The position numbers and the translations under genes are program-made. A DNA stretch of 58,715 nucleotides, filler included, from Dugesia japonica (lineage: Eukaryota): the NCBI GenBank assembly GCA_001938525.1. It is 5 parts of 5 records of this genome, joined end to end, with 100 filler letters (N's around TTAATTAATTAA, not from the genome) between each part and the next. Parts side by side here need not be neighbours in the genome. Positions count along the whole stretch, not along the records: positions 1 to 12,524 come from MQRL01162220.1; 4 more parts are not named here. One strand, written 5' to 3'. The notes below the pieces were generated by a model that worked only from the letters and a program-made list of their open reading frames with translations, did no database searches and was not told the origin of the DNA. Positions 1 through 11,317 of this stretch are shown here, one piece after another. Numbering within the stretch: the first letter of the stretch is position 1; every line of letters starts with the position of its first letter.

Positions 1-447
1 TGACATCGGTGTCTTTGTTCTATTTTTATTTTCTGGCTGCTGATTGGTCAGATCTTAGAATCCTTATCATACCCTCCAGGAAGGTGGTATGTTTTTTCTT
101 TTTAGGGTCTTAGTTGCACTGGACTATTTTCTTCGCGATTTTTCTTGCTGGAATATTTTCTGACGTCCGGGGCCAGAGTTATCTGTAAAAAACAGATTTT
201 CNNNTAATTTTCGTTTATTTTTTGTTTAAAATTAATTAATTTTTTCTGTATTAATTAATTATTTTTTATTATTGTTTTTCTGGTTGATTCCTTTAAAATT
301 ATTATTAATTTTAATTGTTGATCAATAATGGGTTCATTTCTTCTACACCTTCTTCATTGCATGTTCATTTCTTTTTATTACCACCTTTATGCACTTTATT
401 TCTTTTCTTGATCTATTTTCTACTTTAGTGGGTGTTCCACCCCAACA
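1..447 (-). mobile_element. 5' part of the TGTTGGGG-family element (copy 0), cut by the window edge
   Basis: Ends in ...GTGTTCCACCCCAACA at 447, the reverse complement of the TGTTGGGG terminus. The body aligns by eye with 15150-15659 and with the reverse complement of 2757-3330. Confidence 0.75.
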
Positions 448-812
448 ATAATAATAATAACAATAATAATAATAATATTAATAAATTATAATGAAAATTA
501 ACAAAAATTTATAATTTTACAATATATTTGAATAAAATTAATTTAATTCATTAATTATCAGAACTTACAAATTGAATTGGTTTAGGTAAAAATACTTCTT
601 TGACGAATCCACTTCAAAGAACTTAATCATTATATTTATTTGTATTACCAATAGTAAAAGACCGATAATCTAACCAAACAACATAAATGTATTTAAAATA
701 CTCAAATATAATGAAGGATGGTAAATCAAAATTCATGTTAAATTGACCTTTGCCATTTATTGACTTAACAAATTTATATGGATCAATCATCATTGAAGGA
801 TCTGGAAAATTC

Positions 813-1490
813 ATGGCGATGAAAAATGGTGCTTATATATCAACATGAGGCTGCGTAAAGAATGGCTAAGCCCCAACAGAAAAGCAACTTTTCGAAGAAA
901 ACAAGACCTTCATACTCGAAAGATTATTATGTGCGTGAGGTGGGACTGGAAGGCATAATTTATCACGAACTGGTTGGGCGCAACCAAAAAGCTAATGCGG
1001 AGCTCTACGTTAAACAACTGCACCGAGTTAACAAAGCGATTCAGCCAAAAAAACCGAATCGGCAAAACAGTGATCTTCTGCAGCACGACAACGCTCGTTC
1101 TCACATCGTCAATATGACCAAAGAAGCGATTCAAAAACTCATTTGGGAAGTGTTGCCTCGTCCCCCATATTCTCTGGACTTGGCGCCGTCAGAATTTCAT
1201 CTCTTTCGATAGCTTTGAAATGCATTGAGCGGCGTATTATTCAATAATAGCGTGGAATTGAGCTATTGGTTGAACGAATTCTTTGAGTCAAAACCCAAGA
1301 AATTTTATTGCCGAGGCATTGAGAAACTAATTTAACCATGGGAGGCAGTCACCAACAACAACGGAGACTTTATTGTTGACTAATTCTTTGCAATTTCGTT
1401 AAAAATTCATATTAATTTGTGTACTATTCTTTTATATTGTATTCAAATAAAGTTATTTAAAAAACGCTCATGAATTATTACTCAACCAAA
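813..1490 (+). mobile_element. Mariner (DD34D) transposon, 5'-truncated, with disrupted transposase
   Basis: GDEKWCLY at 815, then LQHDNARSH and PPYSLDLAPSEFHLFR in ORF 862-1212. The frame continues past a TAG to ...NNGDFIVD* at 1383. The right TIR AAAAAACGCTCATGAATTATTACTCAACCAAA is followed by TA. Confidence 0.9.
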
Positions 1491-1780
1491 TAATTAAAAT
1501 TATTTTAAATTTGAATTATTTTATAAGATTTATATTGTTTAATTAATTATTATATCGTAAAATATTATCATTTGTTTTCAATTTTCAATAATAGGTAAAT
1601 AAGAATTGATTTTATGTTATAATCTAAATCGGTTACTATTTAGGAATTTATGACTGAATAAATTGGAAAATAATTCCTAATGTAGACTAATTCTACATTC
1701 CTAATAATTCCTAATCCAAAAATTTAAACAATAAAATTGATCTTCGCATTTTGAAAATAATATTTGAATAAACATGTTTG
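1491..1780 (+). repeat. Old local duplicated segment, uninterrupted copy
   Basis: Aligns with 2623-2756 joined to 6277-6385. Shared strings include AAAATATTATCATTT and CTATTTAGGAATTTATGACT. Confidence 0.75.
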
Positions 1781-1789
1781 AAAAGTAGT

Positions 1790-2610
1790 CAAAAACTAAT
1801 AGCTAAGAGAACATTGCAATCAATCACCAAATTAAATAAGATCTTGAGAAAGATTAATGGCAGAAGAATTGTATTTTATATAAAAGTTGAAATCAAATGA
1901 TTTACCTACAACAGTGAAATGTTTCAGAAAGGATAAAAAATGTTGTACCTGCTTGGGAGAAAAACAATCACCACATGCTATAAGCTGCAGTCAAAAGATT
2001 ATGAAATTAGTTATTACAAGACATAACAAGATTTTGGATATATTATATGTGAATTTAATGAAGAAGAAAAGGATATGATGATAATAAGAGAAGGCATCTC
2101 AGATTTTTATGATCATCATCTGTATCTGGATATTCAAATAATATTAACTCCATTTAGGAAATATATTGTTGATTTAAAAAGTCTATTCGATTCCAATTTA
2201 AGTTATGAAGTTGCAGATCCCAAGAATAAAGTGAAATATAATGAAAAATGAGAAAAACAGGAAAATTACTCGATAAAACATGACAATGCTTGCTGCACAA
2301 CTTTATCATTGAAAACTCTGGGTCTTAGTATATGGAAAATAGGAAATTGTTATAATCGATATGATTTAAGAATACTAGAGTAGATAAATTGCATGATTGT
2401 GAATTTGCAACGATTAAAAGCTTTCGGGATATATAGAAAATTTGCATAGCTTATGCAGAAATATATGAAATCAAAAAAGAAATATATGAGAAAATCGAAA
2501 GAATTAAGCTTGATGATCGTCAGTTGCATTCCAATATGCAGATAGCCAGTGCATACAAATGGGTCAATTTAAGATATTCTAGTACCTTAAGTTTTTTGTT
2601 TAATAAAACT
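1790..2610 (+). pseudogene. 3' end of a non-LTR retrotransposon with a restriction-like endonuclease (R2/R4/NeSL-like)
   Basis: A CxxC...H...C knuckle is followed by TRHNKILDIL, then a degenerate PD...VDLK endonuclease segment and KxxKY. AATAAA lies near 2602. Many stops. Confidence 0.7.
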
Positions 2611-3279
2611 TTGTATTTTTATATAATTAAAATTATTTTACATTGGAATTACATCGTTATTTGATTATTGTGTAGTAAAATATTATCATTTTTTAAATTT
2701 CTAATGATAAGCCAATAAAAGGGGATTTAATATATTAATTCTAAATTTGTTACGGTTGTTGGGGTGAAACTCCCAGTCTGAAGGGTCAAAAGGGAAGAAT
2801 TAATAAAGTAAAGGATTAAATGGAAAGTCAATCAGGAACAAAGCACCTATGATGAAAAAGAGATAGTACATACAGCAATCACAAGGAATTAGTTATGAAT
2901 AACCAGTATGACTAAATTAGAATAAAATTAATAATTAAATAAAAGATTAAAAATACCGAGAAGATGGATAAAAAGAACTTGGATGAATAAATCTAAACCA
3001 CATCGATAATAGTACTCAAAAGAAATTATGAAAATAATAATCAAAATAAAGAAAAATTACGAGTGAAAAACCATTAATTACCAAAAAAATATTAATTAAT
3101 TTTGCAAAAAAACAAAGCAAAATTAGTTACGAATTCGTTTTACACATATAACTGTGCTCAGAAGAATCGCAGAGACGCGTAGAAAGAAAATCTGAGAAGA
3201 ACTATAGACGAAGCATTAAGAGTTGAATATTAGAAAATCTTACCACCATCCAGAAGATTGCCACAGGGATTTGAAGATT

Positions 3280-3460
3280 GGGCCAATAAGAAATCTAAAA
3301 ATAAAAATAAAACAAAGAAATGACAATCACATGTCACACCAAAAATAGCCGCCAAAAGACGTGCCAAAAATCTAAAAAATTGGCATCAGAAAATTTAAAC
3401 TAAAAATAAAGACCCAATAACAAGAATGTCGAGTTGTATCCAAAAAGCTATATAAGCCCC
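3280..3460 (+). promoter_or_regulatory. Element-borne RNA pol II promoter (CCAAT boxes plus TATA)
   Basis: CCAAT at about 3284 and 3415. GTCGAGTTGTATCCAAAAAGCTATATAAG (TATA at 3449) is conserved in copy 2 (GTCGGGTTGCATCGGAAAAGCTATAAAA, TATA at 8625) and copy 3 (minus strand, GCCGAGTTGTATCAGAAAATCCTATAAAA, about 14990). Confidence 0.6.
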
Positions 3461-4679
3461 CCCCATTTTAGATGAAACAGACACAATTTTGAGCATAACT
3501 TGGTTAACACAGTTGATATTACTGACAAAATTGTTATCTATAATCAAAGCAGATTTCATTACTTATAAAGAATTTATAATTACGGACTACGGTGTACCAC
3601 GGAAACAACCCATCATAATTGGAACAGCGAAACTAAAGTGTTTTATTCCGATATTTGTTAAATAAAATAATTTCATATTTAACTCCAAGGAATAAATTTT
3701 CAATCTCTGTCAATTGATTCATCTGTTAGAAAACCCTGTTGCAGTTATTCAAAACCTAATAGTAAGTATAAATGTATAGATTTCGATTATTTATGTTATC
3801 ATTTAATTAATAACCATAATAAATGTGTTAATTCATTAAGTTTTGTTTAATTTATTTAAAGAAAAAATGTATTGAATATTTTCTATTAAAAGAAACCACC
3901 TTTCACTCCACTACTAATTTATATGCAAAAACCATGTCGACCAAGAGCATTCTTTTATCACAATCATAAAATTATGCTCGAGCCAGTATGTACATGCGAG
4001 ATGACGCTAATAGTCATGATGACCCGATCTAGATGAACAGCATGTGTGAATAGAGAAGTTGTATTTTTAATTCTTGTCTTTTAAGTACTCGTAATAGATG
4101 AACTAATAATGTAGCTAGACCCCACCGAGACACACAAACCCACAATTAATGTCATATATCACAGCGAAGGAGGCATGCCAGCAAAGCACATTACATCTAG
4201 ACCTCGATGACAAAACAGATAATTGATACAACTGTATTTTCAACACTTATTAGCAAGGGACACTCAGAAATATTAACGCAATAAAATTTGTGATTAACTC
4301 CTACTTGAAATAAGGTGATAATTCAACCCAGCAGGCCAAACAAATGTTTTTCGATAATTTGATCAGTAATTAATTTCAGAAGTTTACAAATGACTCATAA
4401 TTACTACTATAACATAATAGCATTGCTGAGAAAATGGAGACACGCCCCACTAACTCGTGAGTCGTTAAATAATTGTTCACTGTAAGCGGAGTTGTTACAG
4501 ACAAAGTAAAAATTTGTAAGGGTGTCAATCTCACATTATAATCCACCGGTTGTCATAGCCGTACAAATGAGTCTCATACTTAATAAATCTAAATTATAAA
4601 ATTAGGATTGTTAATAATCTTCAGATTACATCCACTATTATTAATCAGAATAATATTACTAGTGGTGCAATATTTATCC

Positions 4680-5040
4680 TTGTTATTTAATTAAATTCCT
4701 ACTATTCCTAATATTGCTATTAATATTATTTCTATTATTTTTATTATTATTACTGTTAGTACTAACATTGATATTATTATTCTTATTATTATTATCATGA
4801 TTAACATTGTTAGTATTGACGTCATAATTATTATTTTCATTATTTATATGAGTACTCTTCTTATTATTACAATTATTAAAATCATTACTATTATGTTTAT
4901 TAATATTATTATAATAATTATTATTATAATTATTAATATAATTATATACCCTAATAACCATCATTATATTATTATTATTATTACTATGGTTATTATGACC
5001 CTGACCATTAAGAGTATGGGTAATAATAGTACTATGACTA
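4680..5040. repeat. Degenerate (ATT)n/(AAT)n tract inside element copy 1
   Basis: Imperfect trinucleotide repeat. Equivalent tracts sit at the same relative position in copy 2 (about 9980-10225) and copy 3 (about 13380-13790). Confidence 0.9.
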
Positions 5041-5191
5041 GCAGCACCACGTTCATTTATATTAACAGTCTTATTTCGTAACCCCAATATTAAATATATC
5101 AGTACAGTTAACCATCCTAACGTTAACTTCCATATAAACTTCCATTATCAATTACATTTTTTTTAGTAAAATATAGTAATTGAATCATTGA

Positions 5192-5539
5192 ATGTCTCAC
5201 GCAGTTGCTCCGACCAAGAAGGTCCGCGAATTCAGTGAGGACTTGGATATGACCTGGGACGTTTATAAGCTGGCCAAACGTCGCATGGGAGACCGACATT
5301 GCGTTGCCGAAGCCAAAGTTAAGCGTTATAGGAATAAATGTTTGGAATTTAAGAATGAGGCCGAGGAATCTCACAACCAAGAAGAGGTTTGGAAAACCTA
5401 GTTAGCATCTCTCACTGCAATCATCTTGTCCTACCAAGACCGAGAGAAAAAACTGGTTGGTGATATTTTAAGATTACAGAAGGCGATGCCACTCGTACCC
5501 CTCATGGTGAATAAGGGAGTCCAGACATCACGGCCGTGA
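5192..5539 (+). pseudogene. Cargo ORF-A, a ~115-aa coiled-coil protein with a C-terminal KGVQT motif (one in-frame TAG)
   Basis: MSHAVAPTKKVREFSEDLDMTWDVYKLAKRR...VKRY...EEVWKT*LASLTAIILSYQDREKKLVGDILRL...NKGVQTSRP*. Homologous at protein level to 13113-12748. Confidence 0.75.
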
Positions 5540-5789
5540 ACTTTGTTCATTTCTTCACTGATAATAAATAATTTTCTTTTCGACTAATTTTTTAGATGAT
5601 TATTTTATTTATGTTCCTTAATTTACTTTAAGCATAAATAAAATAGAATTAATGTCCTCATATTTAGTGCCTCAAATTATCTTCCCTAACCGCTTGAGAC
5701 GTTGCACCGGATAATGCGTCGATTATTATTAGAGACACCTTAAGTGCCAATCAGATCGTGCACTCTTAAAACATCTTTCACAGTGCGTC

Positions 5790-6050
5790 TGATCGCACTG
5801 ATCTGATCGTTAAAAGGCAGAATGATCTAGCGATTCAAACCAAGGAGTTAGAAGAACAGACTAAACAACTACTTCTGAAGAAAATAGATTTCTTAAAACA
5901 GTACATCTCCGACCTATCGCGTCAAATGGGAACCCGACCTGGGTGCAGTGGGATGGTAATGACGACCAATCGAATTTTGACTTCTTAGTTACAGACCCAA
6001 CCCAGTGGTTAGACCCTGGTCGAAATGTAATTATTGCAATAAAATAGTTT
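5790..6050 (+). pseudogene. Cargo ORF-B remnant (coiled coil plus acidic FDF...PTQWLDPG tail)
   Basis: DLIVKRQNDLAIQTKELEEQTKQLLLKKIDFLKQYISDL, then after a frameshift DGNDDQSNFDFLVTDPTQWLDPG. The same tail occurs in copy 2 at about 11380-11465. Confidence 0.5.
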
Positions 6051-7719
6051 AATTTTATGTTTTGATAAGGTTATTTCTTAACATAATAAGGGAAAAAAAT
6101 GAACCCGAAATAAAGGTGTACGAGTGAGAACCTCCCGTAAAGGTAGAAGGTCAACCGCTCTGCACCAAAGATCTAACTTAGGAGCGTTAGATTAAATTCT
6201 TGAAAGGGGATCCTCTGAGGGCCGTTTTTACCAGGCCAACGTTCTTTTTACCATCAACTCAGGTGGAACCCCAACACTATTTAGGAATTTATGACTCAAT
6301 AAATTAAAATGTTTCTTATGTAGACCAATCCGAAAATTTGAATGAAAAATTGATGTGTAGAAAATATTTGAATAAAAATGTATAAAACTATTATTCTTAT
6401 CGATTTATTTGCTTATGTTTAATTGGATTTACCTTAGATTTTTGTTAAATAACGTTTACCTAAAGCCGGTTTTTTCAGTATTATGTCCTTTAATATAACA
6501 TACATCTTTTAGCATATTTCATAGATTCTCAATAACGAAATTCTCAGAATACAATCGCAAAAAACAAAAAAGGAGAAACGGAAGTTTAAGGAACAAATAT
6601 TCACACAAATGGAGTCTTAAGTTATAGTTTAAAAAATAAAGTACGCCTAAGTAGAAAACGGAAAAGTGAAATTTGAATTTGATTTAGATCTGTGATTTAA
6701 CCATTTGATTCGTAATTAAACGTTTTAAGGCAAAACTATTCTTGTATTTGACATTTATATTAAAAAAAAATTAAAAACGAAACTTAGTTAGTTAACAGTG
6801 AGGATTCTGGTTATCAAGTTAAAGTACGAGATAAGAACAAATCGATACTGTTTAGAAATTTAAATCTGTTTTTAAAAGACTATCTTATAATGAGAATACA
6901 TACAAATTTCCGTTATTTATTATAATATTTTAAAAATATGATGATATCATAATATTTTAGGAATATGTCTCAACCTTTAAACAAAGGCAAAAACATAATA
7001 TATAAAATATATTATCATACTATTTCTAGCAACAGGTATCAAAAGACACTTTTCAAATTTTAACTTAACATTATTCTCGAAGTTTAATAATTTCTCTAGA
7101 ATTATTTTATTGACTATTCATACAACAGTTGTTAAATTAATTCAGCGTTATTATTTTACTCCAGCTCATCATGGATCACAATATGTGAAAATAGTATACC
7201 TATTTCTACCATAAGGTGTCTTTTAACACCTTAAAGTTTTTAAAAATTTGTCTAATTTTAAACCGTTTTACATAAACATGTTAACACTATTTTACAGCAT
7301 CATATCAATTTTAATCTGATTAGAGAATCCCGATTTCAGTTGTAAAGGAAAATGTTTGCTTGTTTTTCGTCATGCTGCATTTCACTATAGATCATTACAG
7401 TGACTTTTTCTACGTGTTTTCTTGTCCAATTCTAATAGTGAATTCAGAACACGTGAATGTTGTTTTTATTCATAAAAATTTGAAAAATACATAGTTGAAA
7501 TTAGCATTGCAGGTAAATAAGCACTAATGAAGAGGAAAATAATTTGAATGTAAGTAGAGGACGAAAGAAAATGAGGTTGTTGGTGGATATTGAAGACGAT
7601 AGTGAAAAAATTAATGAACTGAAAAATATTGAAATTTCTGGTAATTGAACAGTTTGGAAAAAAGTGGAAACAGTTTTCTTTCTTGGTAGACAACCTCTTC
7701 ATACCATTTTTAAAGGTGT

Positions 7720-7825
7720 ATTAGATAATAGAGCAACGGGAACGTGCTTGCAGTGCGAAATGTACACGTGCGGAAAATGCACAGTGGATCAACCATTTAT
7801 TTGTAAAAACTGTGGTATCGATTGA
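7720..7825 (+). pseudogene. piggyBac-like C-terminal cysteine-rich domain remnant
   Basis: RATGTCLQCEMYTCGKCTVDQPFICKNC has the CxxC...CxxC...CxxC spacing of piggyBac cysteine-rich domains. Confidence 0.45.
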
Positions 7826-8992
7826 GGTAAAAAATTATAAAAATGCTGTATTATTGATTACTGTTTTTTTTGTTATAAAGATTGAATAATACAATTATAT
7901 TGGAAGTTCGTTAAGTTAGTAATTTTATAATATTTGATTATCTTTATAATAAAAAATGAAGAAGACAATATTTTGCAATTATTGTTCTCGTTATATTATT
8001 CAAATTATTTATATTTAACTAATATTCCGAAATCCCAAGGGTTTTGTCAGTTATTTGCATTTAAACGCGAAGGTGTCAATAGACACCATTTGATCGAAAT
8101 AGGTATACACCATATCGTGGTAGAAATAGTATTACCTGTTCTGTTGAATCTCTTATTTAAGACTCAATTGTTCTTAGTTGATCATGAAGATTTCTTGCAT
8201 ATTATGAGCGCATTATTGAATTATTAATCTAGGTTTACATAAATATTTTTGAAATATTCATGAAAAAGAAACTCTGATCTTTAATCATTTACTAACGATT
8301 GGTAGAGTGATTAATTTATAGCTGGGAACTTCCTTCTATAACTTGGCATAAGTAACTTGGTCAAAAATGCATAAAAAGATTAAAAACTTTTAAAATAGTT
8401 ATAGAAAAGTGTGATAATAAAATCAATAAACATAGAGAAGGGCAAAATTTGCTTCTCTGAAAAACCAAAACAGCACAAAGAAACGACAATCACGTCAAGT
8501 CAAAAATAGAAGCTCCAAAACGCTATGAAAAATCCAAAGAATTAGCACCTGAACCAATAAAACAGTGTTTTCAAACTAAAAATAACTGTCCAATAACAAC
8601 GATGTCGGGTTGCATCGGAAAAGCTATAAAAACCCTTCCGAAAATAAGAAAAATATTATAATAATCTTACCAATTTTCACAATTATCTCATAGGTGAGTG
8701 TGAATCAATAGCAGAACATTTTAATCACCCAGTATCAACATCTGTGTACTTAAATCATTAATTTTGTGAAATAACAAGTTAAGGAAAACAAGTGGTTTAT
8801 CAGTCAAAACGAAGTGAAAAATCAACGATCAATTTCAGTAGTCTACTAATTAATTAAATCTAGCAAATTAATAGAAACAATTTTTAGACGAAGAAATTAA
8901 CAGACCAGTAGGAGAAATTTAGCAATTCGATCCCGATATTCGTATTATTCCTGTTGCAGAAAAAGAAGATTATAGATAAGTAAGCATGCATT

Positions 8993-9842
8993 TGTTGAGG
9001 TACAGAGTACACAGCATGTACAACACGCAGACAGAGAACATAACATCACTGAAATCGTTCAAATCAAGCAATCCTCAAAGTCAATCCAAAATCAGTCAGG
9101 ACAGTTCAATTCAAATCAATTCATCATCAAACCTCGAGCAGATCCCCAAACATTCATATTGATATTGTTTATCTAAAGATCCCCAAACTTCATATTGATA
9201 TTGTTTATTTAATGATTTGACTCTAATTCATATTGATATTGTTTTAGTTTAATTTTGCGGTGTTTGATATTAATTTGATTCAGTTTATTTTGACTATGTA
9301 TTTTAGATTTAAATTTTATAATTTTCAATCTACTATATATTTTGAGAGTAGTTTTTAATTTGGGTTAAAAGAAAATGGAAATTAATTCGGTGTATTAAAA
9401 GAAATATTATTTTTACAGAAATTTATTTATAATGTAATCAATTTTAAAAAAGAATTAATCGAAAAAGGTAAATTTGTAAACAAATATTAAGTTTTATGTA
9501 ATTAATGTGAGTGTATGTGATTGGCAAATTCAGTATAAATACTGAACTAGTTCGTTGTAAATTCAGACATCAGATCTGCGGCACCAGTTCAGATAATTAA
9601 AATTTAGCGCTTTGTATTATACTTGTATACATAATAATATAAAGTTTTTACCAAAAAGTTGTTATTCATTTATTTAGATAAGAAAATCTACAATAAATAC
9701 CTATATTTATAGCATTGAATATTGATTATATAATATTGTATTTACATACACAACTAGTGCGGGTTTTTGTTTGTTATCTCTGTTTTGTAAGTCATTTTAC
9801 TAACGAGCACTTGCATCATACCCGGTTAAGGTTAGGGCTTAC
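8993..9842 (+). mobile_element. Probable nested solo LTR inside copy 2; right boundary uncertain
   Basis: Starts TGTTGAGG. Contains ~36-bp tandem repeats (GATCCCCAAA..TTCATATTGATATTGTTT, 9140-9245), GTATAAATA and AATAAA. The layout resembles 43675-44631. Confidence 0.4.
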
Positions 9843-10553
9843 GTAAAAATGATTAATAATGTACTTATGCCTAAATTAGTGTTTCAGTAACAGCTGTTTT
9901 ATCGGTCTAAATCGCAATATTGAAATTGATTCACTTTTACATTAACTGGTAGCATTATTTTTTGTGATATATGATTCCTATGAATATTATTATTGATATT
10001 ATTACTATTATTAGTATTATTATGTCTATTTATTTATACCATTATTATGATTATTATTACTATGACTATCATCATTATTAATATCTCTTAATATTATCAG
10101 CATCATATTGCATTATCACATTATTATGATTATTATTATTTTTATTTATTAATATCAGTACTTTTATTATTAGTATTGTCACTATTACTATCATTATTCT
10201 CATTATACTTATTAATATTCTAATACTTGGGTTCTCATGGCCACCACGACTTCAATTATTGGCAAGGACCGTGCTGAATTTTTAATAGGTGCCAATATAA
10301 GTTCGATACCTCTTCTAATATGAACTCCCATTTGCACGGTCTATTAATTTTAGTGTTGATACAACTCCCAATTTCTCTTGTTATATAACAACGACCGGAA
10401 TTACCGTGATTTCCCCTAGCATCCATATGGCTGGTGGCAATAGTTATGCGTAAAAATTAAAATCAACAATATTTTCATTGGTGAATTTGCCTCAAAAGAG
10501 TGACTTAGTAAGATTAATCAAAATTAGCTTTTAATCGCATTATTATTTAGATT

Positions 10554-10736
10554 ATGCCATTGGAGTTGAGCAATGCGTTACGCATGATTTGTAAACAGCG
10601 TAAGACCTCGCGATTGAGACAATTTGTAGCACATTTACTGTCTCATGGTAAGACAGAACATCCCGACGATACTGATCTCAAGTGTTTCATTGAGATGTTC
10701 CTACTAGAATCTCAGGTGGATCTTGATGAGGAATAA
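10554..10736 (+). CDS. Cargo ORF-C, 60-aa protein of unknown function in copy 2
   Basis: Intact ATG-to-TAA ORF with coding-like GC content and an acidic tail, preceded by TTTAG (possible acceptor). No homolog recognised. Confidence 0.35.
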   Translation: MPLELSNALRMICKQRKTSRLRQFVAHLLSHGKTEHPDDTDLKCFIEMFLLESQVDLDEE

Positions 10737-10922
10737 TAATGCATCCGCATACTGTAATCTCAATTACCACTATGGTTTGATTTAAATAAAGATAAAAAAA
10801 TATGGTTTAATCTTCACTCTAAATTCATTATATCATAACGTGTTATTCTTTCATTATTATATTATGAATCATCTCATCACAACTTAATATATTTAAAATA
10901 CTGTTAGAAATAATATTACTAG

Positions 10923-11317
10923 ATGGAATTCGTATGGGAGACATTATTCGATAAACGCACTAATAGAGTAGTTTTTCGCAGGTATTGGAATCCTTATGAT
11001 CAAATTATTACTCTAATTTGTAAAGTATAGATGCGGAGAACGAATGAGAGTGGGCTGTGGCAGGGCACCAGGCCTTTTACCAGTGGACTGGACCTGATCG
11101 TACGCGAAAGGTTCTTCACCGCAATACAATCATAGATCCGGTAACTAACAAGGTTACTAGTGTGTGGTGAGACGGTTCTGTGTTTATACCCGTGTCGACC
11201 GCACATTTACCACCGAATACTAGATTAGTTGCAGACCTAGGTAACACTCTATGGGACCTGAGAAACATTGCTGCAGGCGGTGAATCAGAAAATAACGCAC
11301 CAAACAATGTAGCTTAA
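10923..11317 (+). pseudogene. Cargo ORF-D remnant in copy 2
   Basis: MEFVWETLFDKRTNRVVFRRYWNPYDQII, then after a frameshift EWAVAGHQAFYQWTGPDRTRKVLHRNTIIDPVTNKVTSVW*DGSVFIPV...NNVA*. GC-enriched island. Confidence 0.4.

Larger units (their letters stand above)
2757..6276 (+). mobile_element. Complete 3520-bp TGTTGGGG...CCCCAACA element (copy 1): giant solo LTR or non-autonomous Ginger-like element with cargo ORFs
   Basis: 9-bp inverted termini TGTTGGGGT / ACCCCAACA. It splits a duplicated host segment whose empty site is at about 1633-1645. It is homologous to copies 0, 2 and 3. Confidence 0.8.

Noticed and set aside
568-814. Minus-strand ORF 623-814 with a downstream GTAAGT donor
   Set aside because: In-frame stops before the donor, abuts a mariner breakpoint, and no recognisable family.
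2757-3743. A ~990-bp ordinary solo LTR ending TGTTGCA
   Set aside because: No TSD at 3743. The host duplicate resumes only after 6276, and TTGCAG followed by GTAAG fits a splice acceptor better.
4797-5081. Ile-rich ORF (and 13512-13769) resembling a membrane protein
   Set aside because: A by-product of the ATT microsatellite; there is no protein conservation between copies.
6215-6245. CTGAGGGCC...GGCCAAC resembling a hammerhead ribozyme
   Set aside because: Lacks the full CUGANGA and GAAA cores in both copies.
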